From positions 8,742-72,741 of the IMG/VR virus record IMGVR_UViG_3300028829_004140: a stretch of 64,000 bases of DNA. One strand, given 5' to 3'. Source of the DNA: a virus. Of this stretch, positions 9,901 through 16,324 are shown piece after piece. The position numbers and the translations under genes are program-made. Every line of letters begins with the position of its first letter. Position 1 is the first letter of the stretch. Below the pieces are notes generated by a model. That model was given only the letters and a program-made list of their open reading frames with translations, did not search any database and was not told the DNA's origin.

Positions 9901-12900
9901 TTGAAACTCAGGAACTTCGAGTATTAAAAGATATTAGAACTGCACTTGTTGGCACATTCCCAGAAGAATTAGCTAATGCTCAGAATGATGCCGCCAATGA
10001 TCTTGGTAAAGGCGAAGAGGATGCCGGACGAGGGATTGCTGCCAATCAAGATACTTTAGTTAAGTTAAATCAGACCATCGCGACACAGACAAAAAGAGTT
10101 GCCGATTTAACAGAGAAAATGGCGGAGAAACAGGGCATTAACATAGAGGCTATTGAAGATTTAGACAGGGCACGGCAACGGCAGAACGAGGCGCAAAATA
10201 GATCTAGGGGCGGTCCTATATATATGAATGATGGTGGAGTAGTTCCCGGCAGTGCCCCAACGCCAAAAGGAATGGAAGAAGTATTTAAACCAAAAGGTAC
10301 AGACAATGTTCCTGCATATTTGTCAGAGGGCGAGTTTGTTATCAAGAAGTCTTCTGTTGATAAAATTGGAACGGATGCCTTACATCAGATAAACAACGGC
10401 GGAACAGTTTACGCTAAAGAAGGAAGTAAAAAGGCCATCGGGAAAAAGGATGAAGATAATTTATTGAATGCCGTCTTTGGTAGCGTGAATAACTTTGTCA
10501 ATAACGAAATGGGAAGCAGCGCTCTTGGTTCCATGCGTGGTGAAAGGCGTGATCCATTGTCGCCCTTCGATCCAAAGTTCGCTCTTGGTTACACGCGTGA
10601 TGAAAGGCTTGAGGATTTTAATTTTATAAATGACGCCATAGACGGTATCGCGTCTTTTACTTCTGCTGATATTAATATAATGCCGGAAGCGTTAAAGATT
10701 GTAGACTCTGTGCCAATTTTTAGCAAATTGCTTGAAGACACAAAGGCTCTTAGTTATCTACCGGGTGGCGGTTTAGCTAATGCTATGCTTAAAAAGGCTA
10801 ACGAGTCAGTATTTGCTGAGGGCAAACTTCTTGATCCTAGAAGACTTCAAAATAGACAAGGAGATCAAAAGGGTATTAAATTATTTAAAGAGGGGATGTA
10901 TGCTTCTCAAAACAAGCTAGACCAAGTAAGAGATGATAATGCACTGGCGCTAATGTCTGGTGTTGTGCCTGCTTCCGTGTATGAAGCCGCTGAATTAATA
11001 CCTGAAAACTCTTTGGAGCAAACGGATAAACAGAAAATTGTTTCTCAGCTTTCTGATAAAGAGCTAGAGCGACTAACTCAGGTAGGCGCAAGTATCACAC
11101 AGAATTCAAACATAAAAACTGCTGATACTACAGGCGGTAGTATTGCTAGATTTTTGGGTGAGGGCATACTAGAAAAAGGAATAGGACAAGATACTATATT
11201 TAATAAGGCTCTTGATTATCTACCGGGTGGCGGTTTAGGTAATGCTATGCTTGAAAAGGCTAACGAGTCAGTATTTGCTGCGGGCAAAGCTAAAAAATCT
11301 GATGACGATCTTTACAGTTCTATAGAGGTAAGCCCACTTTGGGAAGATGCTATGGATGAAAAAATGAAAAGACTTGCTGAAGAAAGAATAAATAAGAATA
11401 AATTTATTATCGCACAAGGGGAAAAGCAAAGAGAACTTGCTGGCAAAACGCTTGAAAGTCTAGGAGTTAGAGAAAGGATTGACGCCAATTGGGTAAAAAC
11501 CGCGAAAAATAGAAATGAGTTCGGCCCCAAAGAGGGGTCGTCTGGATATGATTTTACCACTGTTAGCGATGTAAATCAGCTTGAAGCAATGGCTGCTGGC
11601 TTTGACCCGACTGCAACATTTGATAAAAAAACTGGTAAATGGAAAGGCGAGGCTCTTGCGGACGATAAGCTTGGAGGACTACGATTTTCTGCACGGGCAG
11701 AGCTTGACGCAAGACGAAGAGTTGAAGATGATAAGAAAAGAATAGAAAGATATCGCGAGACTCTAAAAATAAGAGGCGCTGAAGCGGCGGAAAAATACGC
11801 TAAGGATGTTGGGATTTGGAAGAGTGTGAGTGATGAACACAAGACCCCAGTAAAAACAATCGCGCAAGAATATCAAGAAAGCAAAGACAAACAAGACCTA
11901 GAGGATCTTAGAAAAAGAAAAGAATACCTAGATGAACAAGCACGCAAGAAAGCAGAATTTGATGGTTCTATTGCTGGCGCTGATAAAACGAATGCCGGAT
12001 TTGGCACGATGGGCGGCGGCGATATTGAATATTCCTTTGGAATATTGCAAATGCAGAAAGAAAAAGCTGACGCACAAAAAGCTCTAGACCAAACTATTCC
12101 CGGATCAGTGGCTTATAACAAAGCTAAAAGAGACTTAGAGGAATTACAAGATCCAAATTTAGCAGCTAGTAATTTTAATGCTGATCAAAAACGTCGTCAA
12201 GACTCGAAGATGTTTTTTGGTGGATCAAAGGAAAACTTGAAATCTATTAGCGAAAAAAACAAGCGGTCCGCTTCTAATTATGACAAGAGCATGGCGCCGT
12301 TACTAGCCAAGATGGAAAGTCTAAAGGACAACATTAACAAAGAAAAAAATCAAGTTAGAGCAGCTAGGATGCAGGAAAACTACGACAGTATATCTCAGGA
12401 ATTGGGTCAAATCCAAGATCGTGCCATAGAATTACAGAAAAACAAAAATGAAGAAGGAATGGAAGAAGTATTTAAACCAACAAGGCAAAATGTAAACTCA
12501 AGAAGAAAGGCTAGATTAGCAGAACAGCGAGGAAGATTATCTGGTACAAAATCTAACACAGGTAGGAATAGAATCCTTCCTGATGAAACGAAAGAAGATG
12601 GCGATGATTTTTCTAGAGATAAGTACAACAGACTTCTTAGGGTTAATGGTCTAGCGGCGGCAAGTAGATATGCAACATCTAAAAATAAAAATCCTCAACA
12701 GCTAACAACAGGCAATAACCAACCCGGACAACAGAGGGCCGGAGGACAGCAGCAGCAGATTCTACAATTCATCTTCAATCTTTTAAAGCAGGGAGGAATA
12801 GATCCTATAGAGCTTGCGAAAGGCTTCAACAAAGGTGGTGGAACCGTGGATAATATTCCTGCCATGTTAACAGAGGGTGAGTTTGTTATGAATGCCAAAT

Positions 12901-13364
12901 CTTCGGCTGACGTGGGACTTCCAAACCTAAAATACATGAACGAAAATGGTGCCATACCCGAGAAATTCGCTAAGGGTGGTGTTGTTGGAGGGGTGAAAAC
13001 CTCATATTTGAGACGTGGCGGTTCTCCTCGCGGATCAGGGGGTCCACTAGAGATAAATACTGGGTCATTTAGTGAGGTATTGGATAAATTTAGTGCGGCT
13101 TTTGGTAGTAGGCTTGATAATATGGTATTAAACTTTGATGTTTTAGGAAATGCCATGAATAATCTTTCCTCAGTAATAACACAAGGAATGAAAGTTAATC
13201 ATTCATTTAGTGGAGACATGACGATGACATTCAATCTGCCAGATAGTGCGGTTTCGGATATTGTGAAATCGGTAGCAGATGCTATTACTCCTAAAATGAA
13301 AGAAAGCATCAAGCAAGAAGTTGATAAGCGATTTAATCCAAATTCATTTAATGGGGGACAGTAA
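3927..13364 (+). CDS. Tail tape measure protein (3145 aa, modular)
   Basis: N-terminal TP901-like TMP core (LAQAG, AVESSDL, ETIATGFRTIFTRL, GGFRQ), long coiled coils, a hydrophobic Ala/Gly segment and four DxVPAMLxxGEFV motifs. Confidence 0.9.
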   Translation: MAAFNLTAEIQLQAPNTKGVASQIQRDLNGIKLNIDVGKNARNLASLQQNLNGLAKQGDRTSKSFNILSRNVAEAARRFSVITVATGSFIALARGVKTSIGSAIEFQRELVKISQVTGKSIDQLKGLQSEVTRLSTTLGVSNAELLQTSRVLAQAGLSALKTRQALDVLAQTTLAPTFDTIIDTTEGAIAILNQFGRQAAKTGNDIRFLEESLDAINAVSKNFAVESSDLIATVRRTGGVFEAAGGNLKELIALFTSVRQTTREGAETIATGFRTIFTRLQRKDTIEALNELGISLQDAEGKFIGPLKAIEKLAIGLSGLDPKDVRFNEIVEQLGGFRQIGKVIPLIKQFQVTQQALAVANNSVGSTSKDAQEAQKALSVQLGKTRESFDALIRKFTDSSTFQDSAKFVLKLANTFLKFAESLETVLPLLTQIAAIKLGRSLAPGLSQIFGRGAQKRNAGGKILGFNSGGVVPGSGNRDTVPAMLTPGEFVIRKSSVNKLGAGTLAAMNENRFNRGARIKEELDQQRKTDVFDFKEGATIKAGKGGSGSLKAALTQADLQADVDPYQAVFLRPEAKGKQFNGEISASNLKTAVKEAIEGTNIPKTELGTANQIAERYAKRNKFTLTAGSLAAPESARLEGTLLDGVFETAKRGAKDINNSLGIQGEKNIATALRSANIDQVLGNLFEVVLSNAGAPFGMPDTDPPNAPFDFPSGLGDMAKKFGLQQGIETEAKSFFSGDNLATINKKIQNQLINESIDELRAIYRQNLTGSKEISLDEAKKAFGSTRLNKDDVTRLAEERGLDFTGLGGGKYTLNKKNAGGGISGSDTVPALLTPGEFVMNKSASQSIGYTNLNRMNKHGVQGYADGGIVGFQSYATGTGTLGARSAGAVNFKGINSITGAVSRLSKSLAKMGVSVDNQIPVLKKFEEELKNGVKASEAIARTFEDTDINVSKTSDKPDGSSDDLREALEGVADSSEEVSDANKEQASKIRGIGETFNKVSTAALAISFAGGTLIESFGGITEEQKVFSQAVLNTVSANLALGGQFASLGYEVAAQISTSSILKKSTLQTALALDKLSGSATKTSATGGSGSAVGNAAGKALGVAATAVAVGFIVSSIVKGITEGYKAVERLQLDAANKVADKQLEALEEGRGASEKDFVSARQKAAGADLNIQRLEEQGSAGSSAALTTGVVVGTAGLAVSAGSAAIAASSLTGSLATAAVAVNAIPVAGQVASVALIAAAAAASAATFAFYAAAESEKEKAEVNELLAKTSKNYALTQFRSIKAAKALTDNLQSAADAGASASTQIGILASATNNAQSEIKNNASRLSDATEQEAELRKKLIDQGVLTEKGNVSSGADTDDDSVKDQLKTLEQLTKQREAAEKADIELIKTTTQKAAVFRTLAQKAVSEGLTEIGKLGPAALANINGLDGLAKITPDLSRSITVAKNKFEELKNLELKKALEGEDDEGVKNALRRKSEAEIIVSQIELVKSAEEQILAQQRVARASLLTEQAERQKALTLLKVNKNLSAFNLLLLQSDKLSGLYDAVEDFGKGGSFGAVKFDTSIFDITFKQLNDKAIERINNLGRGAIGKDATGFAKNIRDVKNITKGLPSVFESFRRSGKDSEIVDIPTLKKQLSQQIARDVPGGLDGLGGDIRAIIEKNADEAIGSGIKGSLTFESQEKLNKELEEAIQGQIDVFKRGVEIQNQFLQKLADLDSKIISAQGRIIDAQVRVSDAFERNADRLADASERPRSRQEKEAGRLRTASIGLGATARQAGARAGDVTATAKAFKSLTLESRNLRKKQRQLARSTSPNPKTTNMIAKLGSSANDAAKGAARAKAELERLADQSARAADVEKDLTKLREKRSEAESLQESVAFGSDEQRQEIFKGFRLLNQSIMQGGIQGANSEQRASIGNALDSIGSQLINFEGQQVTGKELKQIFAARETGRLGAFGLNNFIDNLRKAENPLLGELKDIAKTELTATAALAMVETQELRVLKDIRTALVGTFPEELANAQNDAANDLGKGEEDAGRGIAANQDTLVKLNQTIATQTKRVADLTEKMAEKQGINIEAIEDLDRARQRQNEAQNRSRGGPIYMNDGGVVPGSAPTPKGMEEVFKPKGTDNVPAYLSEGEFVIKKSSVDKIGTDALHQINNGGTVYAKEGSKKAIGKKDEDNLLNAVFGSVNNFVNNEMGSSALGSMRGERRDPLSPFDPKFALGYTRDERLEDFNFINDAIDGIASFTSADINIMPEALKIVDSVPIFSKLLEDTKALSYLPGGGLANAMLKKANESVFAEGKLLDPRRLQNRQGDQKGIKLFKEGMYASQNKLDQVRDDNALALMSGVVPASVYEAAELIPENSLEQTDKQKIVSQLSDKELERLTQVGASITQNSNIKTADTTGGSIARFLGEGILEKGIGQDTIFNKALDYLPGGGLGNAMLEKANESVFAAGKAKKSDDDLYSSIEVSPLWEDAMDEKMKRLAEERINKNKFIIAQGEKQRELAGKTLESLGVRERIDANWVKTAKNRNEFGPKEGSSGYDFTTVSDVNQLEAMAAGFDPTATFDKKTGKWKGEALADDKLGGLRFSARAELDARRRVEDDKKRIERYRETLKIRGAEAAEKYAKDVGIWKSVSDEHKTPVKTIAQEYQESKDKQDLEDLRKRKEYLDEQARKKAEFDGSIAGADKTNAGFGTMGGGDIEYSFGILQMQKEKADAQKALDQTIPGSVAYNKAKRDLEELQDPNLAASNFNADQKRRQDSKMFFGGSKENLKSISEKNKRSASNYDKSMAPLLAKMESLKDNINKEKNQVRAARMQENYDSISQELGQIQDRAIELQKNKNEEGMEEVFKPTRQNVNSRRKARLAEQRGRLSGTKSNTGRNRILPDETKEDGDDFSRDKYNRLLRVNGLAAASRYATSKNKNPQQLTTGNNQPGQQRAGGQQQQILQFIFNLLKQGGIDPIELAKGFNKGGGTVDNIPAMLTEGEFVMNAKSSADVGLPNLKYMNENGAIPEKFAKGGVVGGVKTSYLRRGGSPRGSGGPLEINTGSFSEVLDKFSAAFGSRLDNMVLNFDVLGNAMNNLSSVITQGMKVNHSFSGDMTMTFNLPDSAVSDIVKSVADAITPKMKESIKQEVDKRFNPNSFNGGQ
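10520..10612 (+). repeat. Imperfect ~33-bp repeat with a 60-bp period in the TMP
   Basis: CGCTCTTGGTTCCATGCGTGGTGAAAGGCGTGA versus CGCTCTTGGTTACACGCGTGATGAAAGGCTTGA. Confidence 0.75.
10743..11288 (+). repeat. ~84-bp near-identical direct repeat (10743-10826 and 11205-11288)
   Basis: Encodes KAL[SD]YLPGGGL[AG]NAML[KE]KANESVFA[EA]GK, with about 5 mismatches. Confidence 0.9.
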
Positions 13365-13367
13365 AGT

Positions 13368-14060
13368 ATGCCTATAGTGGGTGGTATTGGTCTTCTAACC
13401 AATAAAAATTTGTTTATTAAAGGTTATCCAGATGGATCTGGTGTTTCGCCTTTGTTTATTGGGCCTGCAAACAGGGAGAATATTGAACAAACCCTGTTTA
13501 CTACTGGTCCAGTAGCATCTGATGTTCCTCTGTTTATTGGATTTGATCAAGTTTCTTCTGGTTCCCAAAGTGCTTATATACTAGGGACTCAAGGTTTTGG
13601 AGGTAGTCCTGACCAGTTAGACATAACTTTAAGAATCGAAGGAACGGATGGATCGCTTTTTACAGACATAAACACACTTACGCTTTTAGGACCGGAAAAG
13701 ATTGATGATAATTCAACAACAACTTTATTTACTGAAGCTGGCTCAATCCCAACCGGGTCTGGAACTTTACAGTTCTTTACCGAAGGGGCTAGTGCAACCA
13801 CAACCAATCCCGTGTTAGAAAACTCCACAGTAAATCTTTTTATTAGAAATGAACAGACATTTAATTCTGATGCCACGCTTTATGTAGAGAAAGACTTTAA
13901 CACTGCTGAAACGAGTACCCTGTTTCTAAAAAGCAACACACCTAGCGGAGTCGCGACCTTATATTCGTCGGGGGTTGGGGTTAATACTGCCTCCGCTAAC
14001 CTGTTAATAAAAGCGCCAGAAGTTAGAAAAATGAGTATATTTTCGCGTGGATATAATTAG
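13368..14060 (+). CDS. Structural protein built from short beta-strand repeats
   Basis: About 14 repeats of [TNP]-L-[FY]-[ITV]-x-G/P; Thr/Ser/Gly-rich; directly after the TMP. Confidence 0.5.
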   Translation: MPIVGGIGLLTNKNLFIKGYPDGSGVSPLFIGPANRENIEQTLFTTGPVASDVPLFIGFDQVSSGSQSAYILGTQGFGGSPDQLDITLRIEGTDGSLFTDINTLTLLGPEKIDDNSTTTLFTEAGSIPTGSGTLQFFTEGASATTTNPVLENSTVNLFIRNEQTFNSDATLYVEKDFNTAETSTLFLKSNTPSGVATLYSSGVGVNTASANLLIKAPEVRKMSIFSRGYN

Positions 14061-14070
14061 GAGATAATTA

Positions 14071-16296
14071 ATGACAAGTTTTACTTACACTATCCCAAAC
14101 GTTAGCCCGATACAGATTTCTGGCGCCCCTTTGCCAGCGGTAGATCCTAATACTGGCAGCGGTTTTCCTCTGGCTGGCCCGTTACCAAGCTACACAATTG
14201 AAACGGAGTTGCTTCGCAAGGGAAATTTGTACCTTGGTCAAAAATTCATTATTACCATTACCGGAACAACTCTTGTAGATCCTTCAAAAAGTATGCTTGT
14301 TAAAGGAGAAAGACAGGCGGCTGTTGCTGAAAAGGTTACAGAGATTATATCTCTTACTTATGGAAATAACAAGGATATCGGTCCCCGTGCTGGATCTTTA
14401 GTTATAACAGATAGGGGCGGAATAAATCCCATAACCTTTACTGATGCGATTTTGATAAGCGTAGAAGCATCTGAGCAGACTGAGGAAAGTCAAGGCGTTC
14501 AAGATCAAAGTTACGTGTTCACCTTTGAAAGTAATAATTTTTCATGCAAGGATGAAAATGGAAACCCTATATCAACCCTTGATAGCTTGTATAAACCTAG
14601 TGTAGATTCTACTACTGGCGGTGCAGTAGACAGGTCATTACAACCAGACTCTAGATATATTATTGACTATTCCGAAGATTGGTCGCTAACGCCAAATGAA
14701 GATGTTAAAACAATAAAAGACCCATTTAAAAAAGAAGGTCTAGAACCTAGACAAGATTTAGATCCTGATAAGGCGGAAGAGTCCCCTTCAAACGTGTTTA
14801 AGACATGGACTTTAACTCACAATATATCTGCGACAGGCATTCCGTTTAATAGCCCTCTAGATAATAGCGAAGAGCCTCAAGATGCGATTGGTTATGGCAA
14901 TAATGCCGCTGGTTTTCGTTGGGCTAAGAGGTTTATTGATGCTCGACTGCGAACTATGGGTAACGATCCTCTGGATAATACTACTACGGTATGGGGAGAA
15001 GGTGAGGGTACAGATGGTCAAGGAAACTCACTTAGATTTAGAAAACCTGAAACTATCACATCTGCACCAATAAACAACGACCCCGGCGACAAAATTTTAG
15101 GCGAAAATTCCAGTAACCTGCCTAAAGAAGCTCATACTTATAAAACTAGCGAGAAGGCTTCAAATTTTAAAGCTTTCAATCAAGTGAATCAATTTCAAAG
15201 AGGCGTGACAGAAGGAACCTATTCTGTTACTCGAACTTGGCAGATTGCTAATATGTTTGGGTTTAAAACTCCCGCAAAAATGGAAGTGGACTTTACTTTA
15301 GACGGTGGAATTGCCGGTTCCAGTGTAAATACAATAGGTGTAAATATTTCAGTAGAAGGCTGGAGCGAGCCTAACGACGGAGACAACGCTGCTGTAGGCT
15401 CGATTGATGAGTCTCCTAATCTAGGAGAGATGGGGTTAGATACTAAGTATAAACATGCTTGGAATTGGGTAAATAATTACGTGTTAGCATTACCTTTGCC
15501 AAGAAAAGCACCTTCTTCGCCAGAAAGTTTTACCCCTCCCGGACCAGAAATTGCTGAACCTAAGACTTATGCCACGGATTTGATATATGAATGGGCAAGA
15601 CGGTATTACGAAGACGTTGTGGGTTCGAGGCCACAGTCTCCTCAAGAGGGCAATGTTAGGATTGTGGAAGCTAATATTCCCGATTGGAGAAGGGATAATA
15701 AAGCTATTCAGCTTCAGCCGATACCATTGACTTTTAGCAGAACAGATAATGAGACTGCTGGAACTATCACTATATCAACTTCGTTTAATGATCAAGAACC
15801 CTTATTTAAGGGTGCGACTTCAGCAGATGTTAGTGTTGATATGGGCAACGAAGATGGATCAATTCAGGGCATTGCTATAAAGCCTGTCATTGGTAAAGAA
15901 GATGGTCCAGTCATTCAAGATATGAAAATTACACCTGAGAGAACTAGAAGTGTTACATTGAATTTAGTTATGGATAGATATTATAGATATGTTGTACCTG
16001 ATGGATTTATCTGGATCGACAAGTATTGGAAACCTCTTCTTGGTAAATATACAAAGGGTCCAAACGCAGGTAAAGATATACCTGTTTATATAAGAAGTAG
16101 GAATCAAAACTGGAACCCTATAACGGGACAATATAGCGCATCAGTAGAGTATGTTTGGACAGAATTTAATCCTTTACCTTTCGAAGATAATGAAAAACCA
16201 GAAAATTATGAACCGCAGTCGAACAAAACTGGAGTTAATCCTGATGGAGCTGGAACTATACGTAGAGTAGACCAAGGTCCAGTAGAACAAGCCTAA
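14071..16296 (+). CDS. Putative tail tip / baseplate structural protein
   Basis: AGGAG RBS, beta-rich segments (TLTHNISATG, GTYSVTRTW, GTITISTSF) and a position after the TMP. Confidence 0.5.
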   Translation: MTSFTYTIPNVSPIQISGAPLPAVDPNTGSGFPLAGPLPSYTIETELLRKGNLYLGQKFIITITGTTLVDPSKSMLVKGERQAAVAEKVTEIISLTYGNNKDIGPRAGSLVITDRGGINPITFTDAILISVEASEQTEESQGVQDQSYVFTFESNNFSCKDENGNPISTLDSLYKPSVDSTTGGAVDRSLQPDSRYIIDYSEDWSLTPNEDVKTIKDPFKKEGLEPRQDLDPDKAEESPSNVFKTWTLTHNISATGIPFNSPLDNSEEPQDAIGYGNNAAGFRWAKRFIDARLRTMGNDPLDNTTTVWGEGEGTDGQGNSLRFRKPETITSAPINNDPGDKILGENSSNLPKEAHTYKTSEKASNFKAFNQVNQFQRGVTEGTYSVTRTWQIANMFGFKTPAKMEVDFTLDGGIAGSSVNTIGVNISVEGWSEPNDGDNAAVGSIDESPNLGEMGLDTKYKHAWNWVNNYVLALPLPRKAPSSPESFTPPGPEIAEPKTYATDLIYEWARRYYEDVVGSRPQSPQEGNVRIVEANIPDWRRDNKAIQLQPIPLTFSRTDNETAGTITISTSFNDQEPLFKGATSADVSVDMGNEDGSIQGIAIKPVIGKEDGPVIQDMKITPERTRSVTLNLVMDRYYRYVVPDGFIWIDKYWKPLLGKYTKGPNAGKDIPVYIRSRNQNWNPITGQYSASVEYVWTEFNPLPFEDNEKPENYEPQSNKTGVNPDGAGTIRRVDQGPVEQA

Positions 16297-16324
16297 TAAA
16301 CATATATACAATTAGAGGAAGGTA

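Larger units (their letters stand above)
10267..12480 (+). repeat. Exact 27-bp direct repeat (10267-10293 and 12454-12480) encoding GMEEVFKP
   Basis: AAGGAATGGAAGAAGTATTTAAACCAA occurs twice, in frame. Confidence 0.85.

Noticed and set aside
10743-11288. 84-bp repeat pair as a DGR template/variable region
   Set aside because: Mismatches include G/A and C/G changes rather than adenine-only changes, both copies lie in the middle of one ORF, and there is no reverse transcriptase in the window.
4056-13402. Many minus-strand ORFs antisense to the TMP (and similar shadow ORFs elsewhere)
   Set aside because: They lie wholly opposite long genes, lack RBSs and motifs, and are explained by the codon bias of the sense gene.
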